Counted from the first letter of the stretch, positions 45,091 through 58,300 are shown. The stretch: 64,000 nt of DNA from Eledone cirrhosa (GCA_964016885.1 OZ024758.1:23002001-23066000); one strand, 5' to 3'. A program made the numbers and translations. The notes: generated by a model not told the origin, from the sequence alone.

Positions 45091-45475
45091 ACACCATCTC
45101 AATTTGCGTTTGCTCGCAATGGTCAACAGGTCTTTGTAGGGGCCGATGGCTTGCCAAATTCTGTTTCGTACCACCTCACTGGAGATGCAGTCTTTGTCAG
45201 TGATGCCAAGGAGCTTTCTGAAGCATCTCATATCCATAGCCTGAATTCTTCACTCCAGATCAGCTGTTATTGTCCAAAACTCACAGGCATACAAGAATAT
45301 GGACATAACCAGAGAGCGCATCAGTCTGATCTTTGAACTGAGGACTATGTTGTTGTCATTCCAGATGGTCTTAAGTTTTTTTTAAGTGCTGCTGTGTGTG
45401 TGTTTATATTTTTAACAAAAGTCAAAATATGAATCATTGTTTTGTCTTTTTTTTTTTTTTTTTATATATTTGCAG

Positions 45476-45606
45476 AAAAAGGTGTGTCACTTCGAGAACT
45501 TTTCAAAGATCCTGATAAAATACAACATATATTTGTTCAGGAACTCCAGATTTTTGATGAACATGCTGCTAATGCTTTGCTGGACTCTAAAATAAATATA
45601 AAAGAG
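45476..45606 (+). CDS. ABCA1-like: ABCA ECD1 exon: EKGVSLRELFKDPDKIQHIFVQELQIFDEHAANALLDSKINIKE
   Basis: tttgcag acceptor, GTAAGT donor, 131 nt, phase 1-0. Resembles the ABCA1 'LKLQDFLVD...' exon. Confidence 0.88.
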
Positions 45607-45849
45607 GTAAGTAACAAATTAAAGGTGGTGAATTGGCAGAATCGTTAGAACGTCAGATAGAATGCTTTATGGTATTCATTCCGGGTCTCTGCTCGCTGAG
45701 TTCAAATCCCGCCGAGGTTAACTTTGCCTTTCATCCTTTCGGGGTCGATAAAATAAAGTACTAGGGTCGATTCTTCCAGAGAGAGGAAGAATTAGAAAGA
45801 CCAAAGGAAACATTGTTTCCTCGGTCTGATTTGATGAAAGTCGATCAAC

Positions 45850-45882
<33 letters not shown>

Positions 45883-46216
45883 AGAGATCAGTCAACGAAT
45901 ATATACTTTTAATACAATCACAAATACACACAATATCATTGAATTGGCAGTATCGGTAGAGTGTCGGACGCCATGCTTTCCAGCATAGTTACGTCCCTTT
46001 ACGATCTGAGTTCAAATCCTGCCGAGGTTAACTTTGCCTTTCATCCTTACGGGGTCGATAAAATAAAGTACCAGTAATGTACTGGATAATTGCTGGCCTT
46101 GTGCCTAAAATAGAAACAATTATTATCATTGCAATCATTATCACCATCATCCTCATCTGTGAAAACTGAGTAAATTGTAAATTTGTTAAATATCAAATAT
46201 TTACCTTGATTTCTAG

Positions 46217-46414
46217 ATTCTAAGTTTAACTGGTTATGTTGACCTGAAAGGAATAGCTTGCAACAAGACTTTACTGAACTCTTACATCATATTTCCACAA
46301 AATACCAACATTTCATTGGTCTCGGCGGCTATTTGTGCTATTAATAGTTCTATGATTCCAAATATAACAGAAACAGTTCAGCAACACCTAAATATGATCA
46401 ACATCATGAAAAAG
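46217..46414 (+). CDS. ABCA1-like: ABCA ECD1 exon with a Cys pair: ILSLTGYVDLKGIACNKTLLNSYIIFPQNTNISLVSAAICAINSSMIPNITETVQQHLNMINIMKK
   Basis: ttctag acceptor, GTAAGA donor, 198 nt open, phase 0-0, several N-glycosylation sequons. Confidence 0.87.
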
Positions 46415-47806
46415 GTAAGAAACCCTCCCATGTTCTAACCTAAATAATCAGTTATCGCTGATCCCTTGATTTTTAACCCTTTTACCATTTAACCCTTTAG
46501 TATTTAACTCTTTAGTATTTAACCTCTTCAGTGCCGTAGACGAGATAACGTGTCCTAACATGTTTGAAATCGTTTCCAACACTTAATAACTCTAAAGTTA
46601 GGAAATCGCTTCCAACAGTTCATAACTTCAAAGTTATGAACTCGTTTCCAAAAGTTCATAACTTCAAAGCTAGATGGAGTTAGTAGTTTATTGATGTGAT
46701 GTTTGTCAATCATTCAAATATGTGTTATTAATAAATATTTGTTTAAAGGAATAGTCATTTTACTGGAGAAAAAAAACCAACAACTGTAGCTGTGTAAAAT
46801 ATACGCAGCAGTCAACCATTTGTATCCGGTCAGAATTCTCTCACCCCTTTCTGTTCAAACCGACTGTAACTTGCTTCTCTTACTGATGTTAAAGTATTGT
46901 TCTGAAAATGAATAATATCAAAATTTCATAGATTCAATATTATGTGATAGAATTATGTGAGGTAAAGCCTTTTGTGTGAAAATACAATAGTATATATAGA
47001 GTAATGTAAATGCTAATGGGTTAATGGAGTCGTAGGAGCTCCACAGTGATATATGGCATGATTCAGAGATTTTTTTTATACCTAGCAGAGACCATATCTC
47101 CCTAGGATTATTAATAAATGACTATAGAATGTTGTAGTGTACTTGAATCATTGTGTATAGTAGCATCATCATCATGCCACTAAATATTTTGAATTATTTC
47201 CCTTGCAACTACCTTATTTATGGGGGGGGGGGTCTTATCCGGTGAATATAGGCCTAAACCTGAATTACACCTCAGAACTTTTGGAGTCGACCTATGCACC
47301 AGCATATATTGTATGTTATATGTGCCTTAACACTTTAGCATTTACATTACTCTATATTTACTATTGTATTTTCGTGGTATAGGTTTTACCTCATATAATT
47401 ATCTCATATAATATCGAATCTATGAGATTTTGATATTATTTATTTGAGTTTTATTAAGGGCGGTGGATTGGCAGTATCTGTAGAGAGTCGGACGCCATGC
47501 TTTGAAGCATAGAGTTACCTCTCTTTATGATCTGAGTTCAAATCCCGCCGAAGTTAACTTTGCCTTTCATCCATAAAATAAAGTACCAGTAATACACTGG
47601 GATAATTGCTGGCCTTGTGCCAAAAGTAGAAACAATTATTTATTTTGAGAACAATACCTTAAAGTCTGTATGAAGGGCCAGTTACAGCCGGTTTAAACAG
47701 AAATAGGTGAAAGAATTCTGGCCTGATGCGGCCGGTTTAATTGCTAACTGGTTAAAGAATTAACTCTATTATTAACATATTTTTGTTGTTGTTGTTCCTT
47801 TTGTAG

Positions 47807-48006
47807 GTGTCTGTTTTAATGAAGCCATATAGCTGGTCTGAAGGTATTTACGATATTTCAATCATGGTAGATACATTCTTCAAATTACCTACTGCAAAGT
47901 CATTTATGAAAGATATCAAAGGTTTGGAAAGTCTTGCAGGATTTATCAGGAAGTTACCTGCCTGGCTTCTAGGACTGCAAAAATTTTCTTCAGATGATTT
48001 TCAAAG
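47807..48006 (+). CDS. ABCA1-like: ABCA ECD1 exon: VSVLMKPYSWSEGIYDISIMVDTFFKLPT...FSSDDFQ
   Basis: tttgtag acceptor, AG|GTTAAT donor, phase 0-2; coincides with ORF 47807..48118. Confidence 0.82.
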
Positions 48007-48719
48007 GTTAATATTTTTTTGTTTTTTTTTGTATTTTCAAATCACTTCTATATTTATGGGGGTTTTTTTTGGGGTTTTTTTTAATTTTAATCTTTCTATT
48101 CACCGGTCACTGTCTTAACCTCAGGCATACTTGGATACCGTACAGCCGATATTATCCGCATGATTGGAACGTCAGCAGTCTGTCTAAGAAAGGAGCATCA
48201 CAAGGGAGGGGGGGGCTGTTGAAGCGGGTGTCACTGGCCATTGTCCGCGGGAATGCTCTTGTGGTCTTGTCCGCAGGGCGCAGCTCCTTTACCACCACGC
48301 CCTAGGCTCAGAGCCCAAGCCCCTCCCCATTCATCTGTGACACTAGAGCCCTTGCCTTTCTCTTCCTTTTCTGTTTTTATATTTTCTTATTTTACATTCC
48401 ATTCTTTCTTCTCAATCTATTTGTTCTTTTTATATTAAATTGTTTTAGCGTCAGACGCCATGCTTTGCAGCATAGTTATGGCCCTTTACGTTCTGCGTTC
48501 AAATCCTGCCGAGGTTAACTTTGCCTTTCATCGTTACGAGGTCGATAAATTAAAGTACCAGCGATGCACTGGGGTAATTACTGGCCTTGTGCCAAAAGTA
48601 GCAGCACTAATTATATATCAATACAGTCGTAGGTTTTATAAAGAAGTATATCACAGAAAATATCAAATTTGATTATACAGTTTTAAGGAAAAGATTCAAC
48701 GCAATTATTTAGAGGCACA

Positions 48720-49035
48720 CATGTGCACACACACACACTCAGACACACACACACACGCATACACACGCACGCACGCACACGCGCACACACACACACACAC
48801 ACCACACCACACCACACCACACCTACTACACCACACCACACCTACTACACCACCACACCACACCTACACCACACCACACCACACCACACCTACACCACAC
48901 CACACCACACCACACCACATCACACCACACCACACTACACCACACCACACCACACCACACCTACTACACCACACTACACCACACCACACCACACCACACC
49001 ACACCACACACACACCACACACACACACACACACA
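48720..49035. repeat. (CA)n/(CACCA)n microsatellite
   Basis: Direct reading. Confidence 0.9.
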
Positions 49036-49661
49036 TTTCGTATAAAAAAAATAGTTTCAGTTTACAAACATTTCGGGTGAGATACAACGTTCAGGAACGA
49101 ATTAAGTTTGTGAACCGAGAATCCCCTGTATATAAGTCTAAAAGTCTGTCTTAAGCCAGAAGGCTCATTTGGCCGGTGCTTATCCCGGTTTCATGGCGTG
49201 AAGCGACTGAGAGGACAGGACGTCAGTCCATCGCAGGGTTAAACCTCCAGCTATTGCGTGTACTCATTTCCAGCTGAGTATACTGGAACAACGGGAAATG
49301 AAGTGTTTTGCTCAAGAACACAACACGCAACCCAGAAATCGAACCCACGACATTATGATCGTAAGTCCAACACCCTTACCACTGGGCCACGTGCCTCCAC
49401 CCACTGTATATATCATTTGCCATATTTACAGTACTGAAGAATAGAAATAGCTCAGTTGTAAATAGATCGATATTTTGATCGATAGATCGATATTTCTTAT
49501 AACGATAAAAATAATGATAATAATGAAAATTATTGTGTACAGAGCTCGGGTGTACTACATCTATTTACAGTACTGAAGAACAGCTCAGTTGTAAATAACT
49601 TGATAGTTCATTCTCATATCTTATTTAGCGTACTGAAGAACTGCTTAGTTATAAATAGGTT

Positions 49662-50014
49662 TCCAAAGCACTAATGGGGACACAGCCTCATAGGTGGCAC
49701 GATTTGCGTGGGAGGCCGGCATATATCTCTCTCAAAGTCAGATGTCGCCAGCTTATGTTCTGAATGGGTCGAAGTAAGCGAGTGTAGTTGCCATCAAAGT
49801 GATTTTGTTGTTTGGATGAAAGTGTCCAAGTGTCCCCATTAGTGCTTTGGAAACCACAAACAGTCACTAATAACAGTGACCGCAAGCTATCCCATCCCAA
49901 CGTCATCTCCAGAGATTCTGGTATTGAAATCCAGGACTTGGCAACGGCAATGAACGACAGACCTACGTGGTGGAGATCAATTGTTGAGTCAATTTGGGCT
50001 GAGGCCACCGGATA
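49662..50014 (+). mobile_element. 5'-inverted RTE(X)-like LINE insertion
   Basis: TSD ataaataggtt at 49651 and 50015. The minus segment encodes TWTL..DGNYTRLLR..NISW; the plus segment encodes LVLWKP..ISRDSG..AMNDR..W. Confidence 0.8.
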
Positions 50015-50117
50015 ATAAATAGGTTGATATTTCGTTCTAATATTATATTTACAGCACTGAAAAACAGCACAGTTGTTATAAATAGGTTGACATTACATTT
50101 CCATATCTTATTTACAG

Positions 50118-50266
50118 CACTGAAGAACTGCTCAAAATGATGGATCCCCTTTTACTATCCATTGCATCCAAAGAAACACGTAACTCATGGGATATTTTCA
50201 AAACCAGTCTAAATATCTTTGAAAGTATCTTTGTTTTCTCAAGTTCTAATGTACAGTATAGTTTAG
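50118..50266 (+). CDS. ABCA1-like: ABCA ECD1 exon: (S)TEELLKMMDPLLLSIASKETRNSWDIFKTSLNIFESIFVFSSSNVQYSL
   Basis: tttacag acceptor, GTGAGT donor, open frame, phase 2-1. Confidence 0.8.
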
Positions 50267-50498
50267 GTGAGTATTAATGTTATTACATTTTTCATCACAA
50301 ATATTAATTTTTTTATATAATCACATAATTACTGTAGAAACTCAAATAAAATCCGCCCCACCTCATTTTATGTCTGAGAAATGGGCAAAAATCCAAACCC
50401 CATTTATAAGCCGATGCAGCTAATCAATACATTATTTCGATGGCGTATTATATGACTAGCTGATTCCATGCCATCAAAAATGACAACTAATTGTAATA

Positions 50499-50734
50499 TC
50501 TATACATAATATAAAAAAGAGATGTTTATTGGCTGGTTGGCTCCTTCGTGCTTACTCAAACAAGCGATACAAGCACACAACCAATGTGTGTAACCAATTC
50601 GCTGCAACATACACATATAAGTATAACAAATCTTAGAACGCTGGACTTCTATAGTTTCTCCCCACCCTCTCCTTCCTTAGTCATCACATAGATGTGTGTG
50701 TATGTAATAATTATTTTTTCTAAGTGTATCTGTT

Positions 50735-50765
<31 letters not shown>

Positions 50766-51430
50766 AGATGTGTGTGTGTTTATAATTCTATTATCTATGT
50801 ATCTTTCTAAATAAACACACACAAACACATATGACATATATAAATATAATTTACGCACACACAAACACTCACATAATCATAACAGCCAATGTGTGTAGCC
50901 AATTCGCTATGCATATACACACACAGGCATAGCGAATGTTTGACGCTGCTTTCTGTAGTTTGTCATCACCCCTTCCTTCCTCGGTCATCTCTAGTGCGTG
51001 ACGTCATCGCGCCTTCCTTCCTCGGTCATCTCTAGTGCGTGACGTCATCATTCCTTCCTTCGTCGGCCATCTCTAGTGAGTGACGTCATCACCCCTTCCT
51101 TCCTCAGTCATTTCTAGTGCGTGACGTCATCACCCCTTCCTTTCTCGGTAATCTCTAGTCCGTGACGTCATCACCCCTTCCTTCCTCAGTCATTTCTAGT
51201 GCGTGACGTCATCACCCCTTCCTTTCTCGGTCATCTCTAGTCCGTGACGTCATCACCCCTTCCTTTCTCGGCCATCTCTAGTGAGTGACGTCATCACCCC
51301 TTCCTTCCTCAGTCATTTCTAGTGCATGACGTCATCACCCCTTCTTTTCTCGGTAATCTCTAGTCCGTGACGTCATCACCCCTTCCTTTCTCAGTCATCT
51401 CTAGTGCGTGAGGGACACATTGGCTATTAT
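50499..51430 (+). mobile_element. Helitron-like 5' portion with internal minisatellite; related minus-strand copy at about 31995-32520
   Basis: TCtatacataatataaaaaagag start. Shares the aatcttagaacgctggacttctatagtt segment and ccccttccttcctcagtc repeats with the other copy. Confidence 0.6.
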
Positions 51431-51744
51431 TATTTGTATTGCATTGCATTGGCTATTATTATTTGTATTGCATAAGGCGGTGGATTGGCAGTATCGGTAG
51501 AGGGTCGGGCGCCATGCTTTCCAGCATAGTTACGTCTCTTTACGATCTGAGTTCAAATCCCGCCGAGGTTGACTTTGCCTTTCATCCTTACGGGGTCGAT
51601 AAAATAAAGTACCAGTAATGCACTGGGTAATTGCTGGCCTTGTGCCAAAAGTAGAAACAATTATTTGTATTGCATTCATTTAATAGTTTTGTATATTAAT
51701 ATATTTTGAGAATACTTTCAAAGTTCATTATTTTTATTCTTTAG

Positions 51745-51875
51745 ATTCTGTTAAAATGAGCCTGAATCAACTATTTGACAACTCGACCAATTTGACAGAA
51801 TTTCTTATGTATCAACGTAAGCTACCAAGCTATGAGGTGCAGGAAATCAAAGATAAAGAAATTAATGTTCCAAAA
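51745..51875 (+). CDS. ABCA1-like: ABCA ECD1 exon: DSVKMSLNQLFDNSTNLTEFLMYQRKLPSYEVQEIKDKEINVPK
   Basis: ctttag acceptor. The GTTTGT donor was chosen for phase 0; it gives 131 nt, the same length and phase as the paralogous exon 45476-45606. Confidence 0.75.
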
Positions 51876-52291
51876 GTTTGTATCAAAGATTAGATTTATT
51901 AGTATACTTAATATGAACACATTATGAAATATGTAATAAGACGTATAATTTTCAAAAAGCCAGTAAAATACGAAGGGCAAATGATGACAAATAAAACAAA
52001 ACAAAGTAATGTTTTACCCAATATATTTCAGGGCTAAAACCCCCTTTTCAAATGTAGAGCTGAAACAGTTCAAAACAAAATGAATGATCGGTGTATTCTT
52101 CCTTAACTATCCTACGTGTCTGTATTACGCATGCCCTTCATATTTGTCTACCAAATTGTACTGGTTTTTAAAACTTATCGGCCTTTTATTAGATGCATTG
52201 TTTCCGTGTCTTTTATGAATAATATTATAACTAAAAGAGATTTAGAAACATTTGTTAATAATTTCAGATCCTTGGCGTTTTTATAATTTTG

Positions 52292-52331
<40 letters not shown>

Positions 52332-52859
52332 GTAATAATAATAATTATAACCTAGGTTGCTGCTGCGAGTAGCAGATTTACAATCGATTTTCTAAGGGTA
52401 TCACAAAGTACTCAATGAGAGAATAATCCATAAATTACTCCTCAGAGTAAACAGGTAATAGTGACACAATGAATAATGTGACCAGAGGCATGTTGCCACA
52501 TTAATACTACAACAACGAAAAATACAAACAGGTTAAAGACGAACCTGGACCTGATCGATAGATATTAGATATTAATCGATAAATATCTTCGATATGTTTC
52601 TGGGAATCCAGAAGCTAATTGACAGTCTCAAATCCTTTTTAATTCCCACTTTAAATCCTGGTATCGGTTAATTTAGCACCTTCACTTGATCGTTTTCTGG
52701 CTTATGCTCATACCACTTCTCAGAATGTGGCGAATTATTTAGTTTGCATCAATACCAGTGAATCACCTTTTCTATCATATCATGTCTCCAGCCTTTATAG
52801 TGAGTCTCGTCTAGGTGTTTATACTCGGAAACGATGTGAGCCACAGTCCTCTCTTTCTC

Positions 52860-52896
<37 letters not shown>

Positions 52897-53054
52897 TCAC
52901 AGATCATACAGAGTGAGCTAGCTCACTATCAATATGGTGTTTCACCCCCTCCTTATCAATATGGTGTTTCACCCATTTCGTCATTATCATTATTATTGCC
53001 GTCGCCGCCGTTGTCGTCGTCGTCGTCGTTTGTTGTCGTTGTTTATCTATCTAT

Positions 53055-53610
53055 CTATTGTCGCGGGTGGGACCAATCCAGTTGACCACCGAGTCCATTG
53101 TCATGATCAAACCGCCACCCTCCTTCAAAAACGAAGGAGAGGCGGTTTTCCTTTGTGTGATAGCTATGGCGAAAGAGGTTGTATGGTGGACAAGGTTGAA
53201 AGGGCTGAGGTCAGACACCTTTCTCTCCGGCCAACAACTGATTCTTTTTTTCAAATACCACTTTGGAAGAAGAGTCAGGGTGGAGAGAGAGGTGCTGTAC
53301 CCCAGCAAGTTTTATGAAAGGTGGGTGAAAGTGGCCCGAGTGAATGGGCCTTCTCTCTATATCAGCCTGTAGGTTGAGGAAAAAGAGGAGGAGAGGAAAG
53401 GAGTACAAGCTCTTCGTACTCCTGGAGATGAGGGTTGCACATTTTTTTTCGGGGGTATGTGTTACCCATATAAACCGTCTCCCTCTATTGGGGAAAATCG
53501 ACTAACTTTTAAATTCCATCTGTGATAACATTTTACACGTTTTTATTGTATGTAAACTTCCCCCTTTGTATTTGTCCCCTTCTTTTGTGCCCCTGTGGCT
53601 AATAAAGAAA
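53055..53610 (+). mobile_element. Tx1/L1-like LINE 3' remnant
   Basis: ORF 53058..53372 contains AMAKEVVWWTR...RVRVERE...FYERW; the 3' UTR ends with AATAAA at about 53601. Confidence 0.6.
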
Positions 53611-54884
53611 TATATCTATATATATATATATATCCTCATGTGTATCTATTAATATCTATGTCAATGTGATATTATGCTATCAGCTAGTGTTATCACTCAC
53701 CTTGTTACTGTTACCTGTATTTAACATCCTCATTTACCTGCAACCTATGAACTTTAAACGGTGAATGCTGATACTACGACTGGCTGTGAATTGACACTGC
53801 TTTTACACATTTACATAATAAAGGTTCAGAATGGAATAATTCCATACATTTGAACATCTTGACTGATTTCTCCTTGAGTTGATCGATCGCAAAACATGCT
53901 TCGCGTGTGAATAAAATATACTAGACCACCCGTGACCCGTTGGGTCATGTTCCCTTAAAATATAATTTTTTAATAATTAAAATATACATAGACATGTATA
54001 TAATGTAAAATAAAATTGGAAAGCCCATATATATATATATATATATATGCATGTGAGTGTGAGTGTATATAATTTCGTTCGACAACACCACCAGCTCTCT
54101 CTCTCTCTTCCATTTTCCTTCTCTGTCTCTCTCTCTCTCTCTCTCGCTTCCATTTTCCTTCTCTGTCTCACTTCCATTTTCCTTCTCTGTCTCACTCTCT
54201 CTCTCTCTATCTCTCACACAACCACTATCTCTTTCTCTCTCTATTTATGAAGGTACCCAGAAAAGACCTGTATCTCGGGAACCCGTGCTCCAATTTACGG
54301 GAAATTTATTTTATTCCATTTCTATTCCCATTTCAGGGGCAAGTTCCTTTCAAAGTATTTTCCCATTATGCGCCGTTTTGGCTGTATTAAATTACAGACA
54401 AGACACAATCACAGAGCTTTAGTAGTATATAGATAATATATATTGGATGCTAAATTGATACATATATCATCATTATTAACACCACCACCACCATCATCAT
54501 CACTGTTTAACGCCCATTTTTCCACTCTAGCATGGGCACACGCTGCAGCTGAAGCATGCATGTAGTATGCACCACCCCCACCTTCACCCCACCATACTCT
54601 TCCATACATCTCCCATGAGGTCAAGCTGAAGCATACATCTACTGAATCTGCCAGTCCATACTGAAAAGTGGTCGTTATTGTAACATGACAAAGGGCGGTG
54701 GATCGGTAGAGAGTCGGACACCATGCTTTCCAGCATAGTTACGTCCCTTTACGATCTGAGTTCAAATCCCGCCGAGGTTGACTTTGCCTTTCATCCTTAC
54801 GGGGTCGATAAAATAAAGTACCAGTAATGCACTGGGTAATTGCTGGCCTTGTGCCTAAAGTAGAAACAGTTATTGTAACATGAC

Positions 54885-55870
54885 AAAAAGCACCCAGTCC
54901 ACACTGTAAAGTGGTCATATAGGTGATACAGCAAAAAACACCCAGTCCACACTGTAAAGTGGTCGTGTAGGTGTCACAACAAAAAACACCCAGTCCACAC
55001 TGTAAAGTGGTCGTGTAGGTGTCACAACAAAAAACACCCAGTCCACACTGTAAAGTGGTCATATAAGTGATACAACAAAAAACACCCAGTCCACACTGTA
55101 AAGTGGTCGTATAGGTGATACAGCAAAAAACACCCAGTCCACACTGTAAAGTGGTCATATATGTGATACAACAAAAAACACCCAGTCCACACTGTAAAGT
55201 GGTCGTATAGGTGATACAACAAAAAACACCCAGTCCACACTGTAAAGTGGTCGTATAGGTGATACAGCAAAAAACACCCAGTCCACACTGTAAAGTGGTC
55301 ATATATGTGATACAACAAAAAACACCCAGTCCACACTGTAAAGTGGTCGTGTAGGTGTCACAACAAAAAACACCCAGTCCACACTGTAAAGTGGTCGTGT
55401 AGGTGTCACAACAAAAAGCACCCAGTCCACACTGTAAAGTGGTCATATAGATGATACAACAAAAAACACCCAGTCCACACTGTAAAGTGGTCGTGTAGGT
55501 GTCACAACAAAAAACACCCAGTCCACACTGTAAAGTAGTCATATAGGTGATACAACAAAAAACACCCAGTCCACACTGTAAAGTGGTCGTGTAGGTGTCC
55601 CAACAAAAAGCCCCCAATACTGAGTGTAAAATGGTCATGTAGGTGTCACGACAAAAAGTACCCAGTCCACACTGTAAAGTGGACGTGTAAGTATCACAAC
55701 AAAAAACACCCAGTCCACACTGTAATGTGGTCATGTAGGTATCATGACAAAAAGCACCCAGGCCCCACTATAAAGTGGTCGTATAGGTGTCACAACAAAC
55801 ACCCATTCCACAATGTAAGGTGCTCATGTAAGTTTCATGACAAAAAACATCCAGTGCTCAGTGTAAATGT
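54885..55870. repeat. 48-bp minisatellite, about 20 copies, running into a retroelement tail that ends in (GAT)n at about 56035
   Basis: Unit caaaaaacacccagtccacactgtaaagtggtcgtgtaggtgtcacaa. Confidence 0.93.
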
Positions 55871-56154
55871 GGTTGGCCTTAGGAAGGCCATCCAGCTGTA
55901 GAAACCAAGCCCAAATCAGTTCTGTATGAGCAGATCACCTGACCTGGCATTTCTCAGAACAGTACAACTCGTCTAATCCATGCTAATGTTGAAAAATGGA
56001 TGTTAAACAGTGAGGACGATAATGATGATGATGATATAAAGTCTTATTGTCCAGAAAAAATGGGTGGCAGTGACTTTGAAGCTTTGAAGTTGATGCCTCC
56101 TGAAATTATATTTGAGTGTATTTATAACATTTTTTTTTTTACATTTCTCTTCAG

Positions 56155-56373
56155 TTATTGGACTACTTGAAACTCTACCATGAAACTGACAGTAAAATAT
56201 TTCTCTGTGATGACCCTGGACTCAACAGTATTCTTTCAAATCATACTGTGCATATCATCAATCCTGTAACTGGACAATTACATCTGACGACTGTACAGGA
56301 TATTCTGTGTGTAAATCTAACCAAAACTCAGATGGAATTTTTTGACAGTATTAAAAATATTTCTTCAGTTAAT
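56155..56373 (+). CDS. ABCA1-like: ABCA ECD1 exon with a Cys pair: LLDYLKLYHETDSKIFLCDD...DILCVNLTKTQMEFFDSIKNISSVN
   Basis: cttcag acceptor, GTAATT donor (an in-phase alternative GT lies 6 nt upstream), phase 0-0. Confidence 0.8.
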
Positions 56374-57363
56374 GTAATTCATCATTTTATCCTCTAATTT
56401 ATTGAAAGTTAATGTTTTATATTTTTTAAATATTTTATTTTAATCCTTTAGCATGTACATTACTCTATATTTACTATTATATTTTCACAGTAAAGGTTTT
56501 ACCTCACATAATTAACTCACATAATATCGAATCTACGAGATTTTCATATAATTTATTTTGAGAACAATACCTTAACATAAGTATGAGTGGCCAGTTATGA
56601 CCGGTTTGAGCAGAACGAGGTGAGAGAATTCTGGCCAGATATGACCGGTTTAAATGCTAAAGGGTTAAATGATGATGATGATGAATGCTAAATTTATCTT
56701 ACATAAAATGCCAAAGATGAAATTTCCTGATATTTGTACATTATTCTATGTACTATACATGTACCTTTGATGAATTGTAGTGCACCTTAGCACTGTACAC
56801 AATAATTTTCATTATCAAATATATTCAATATATATTCAAATATATTCAATCCTTTGAAGTCAATCGAGTTAATCCCCTATGAATAGTTGAGTGCATTTTA
56901 TTAAAAAAGATTACGTATATGTCTCTATTTATTATACTTTCAGGCCAAGCCAGTTGGCATAACCCTATTATTTTGGGGGTACCTACTCCCCTCAAATTCT
57001 TGTTCTGTATTATGTTCTGTTACTTATAAGTTCATCATGTACTCTTAATGTATATATATATACCCCCATAATCCATATATGTATCATGGATCATATGTAT
57101 TTAGCTGAGTTGTTTGAAATGGAGCTTATATTTCATATCAAGCCTGGGCCTTTTTTCTGCTTTTTGGGCCTATTACCCACTTTGAATGAATACCTGTATA
57201 TAAAGTATTTATTGGCTCACAATGTTGATTAATACTGTAATTGTTGAACCAATGAATTGAGAAATAAAGAAAGATCAAGGTCGCACCATAAAAAATATCT
57301 AAAAATATGAAATATAAAGTCAATGTTTTCGAAATAATTCACAAATATTTTTATAATTTCTAG

Positions 57364-57530
57364 ATCCAACAAAAGCTCATGTCACATACCATTTCTAAAC
57401 TTCAAGATGATTTGAACAAGATTGTAAATATATTTAAAGATGTACCACCAGAGGTGGGCAAATTCATAAATGGTGTCGCATCTGCTGAAATTAGTGAAAT
57501 CGCATCAATTTTGCTATCAATTGATGAGTC
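57364..57530 (+). CDS. ABCA1-like: ABCA ECD1 exon: IQQKLMSHTISKLQDDLNKIVNIFKDVPPEVGKFINGVASAEISEIASILLSIDE
   Basis: ttctag acceptor, GTAAGT donor, phase 0-2. Confidence 0.82.
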
Positions 57531-58137
57531 GTAAGTTATCTAAGAATATTTAGATATTTGTGTAATCTCTTCTCATCCATTTTCTTCCTTTTCTCCTTTC
57601 TTCCTATCCTCCTTTCTTCCTATCCTCCTTTCTTCCTATCCTCTGAGCCAACACACTTCTAGCGGCTGATTTCTTTCCTTTGGGGTACATTTTACTCGGC
57701 ACCGTCATTGACAACATTTTGCTGTTTTAACAGCTTCCTTACACTGAGTTTTTCCCATTACTCAACAATTTCTGATACACTCGTGTTTCAAACTCAATAT
57801 TCAAGATAACTTTGTTTACCGTATTTTCCGGTGTTGAAGACGCTACTTTTTTCCTAAAATACGTCACAAAAATCTACCATGCATTCTGGAGGCCGAAGGT
57901 TGTTTATCCTTTTTTTTTTTTGTCAAAATTAGGGTGCGTCCACGAGGACAAAGCATCTTCGGTGCTAGGAAATACAATATCTTCTTGTAATTTGCTGTTT
58001 TAAAAATATATCCTCAATATCCTTTTACATCAATTTTCCCATGCTTTCATGAACTGGCTGCGTCTTCTCCAGTATAACTCACTTTCTCTTGTGTTATCAT
58101 CAGTTGGTGGTGGTGGTGGCGATGATGTGTTTATGTA

Positions 58138-58300
58138 CCGTATTTCCCGGCGTCAAAGATGCTCCTGTTCCCTAAAATAAGTCTCAAAAATCTACCATGA
58201 GTCCTGGAGGCCGAAGGTTGTTTATTTTTTTCAAATTTTTGGTTGTCAAAATTAGGGTGCGTCCTTGAGGACGAAGAGTCTACGGCGCCGGGAAATATGG
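58138..58300. mobile_element. Tc1/mariner (Tc2/pogo-like) MITE; diverged sister copy at 57819-57977
   Basis: TA-CCGTATTTCCCGGCG ... CGCCGGGAAATATGG-TA. Confidence 0.75.

Noticed and set aside
51817-51822. GTAAGC donor inside the exon starting at 51745
   Set aside because: It would give phase 1, incompatible with the next phase-0 exon; reading through to 51875 restores homology with exon 45476-45606.
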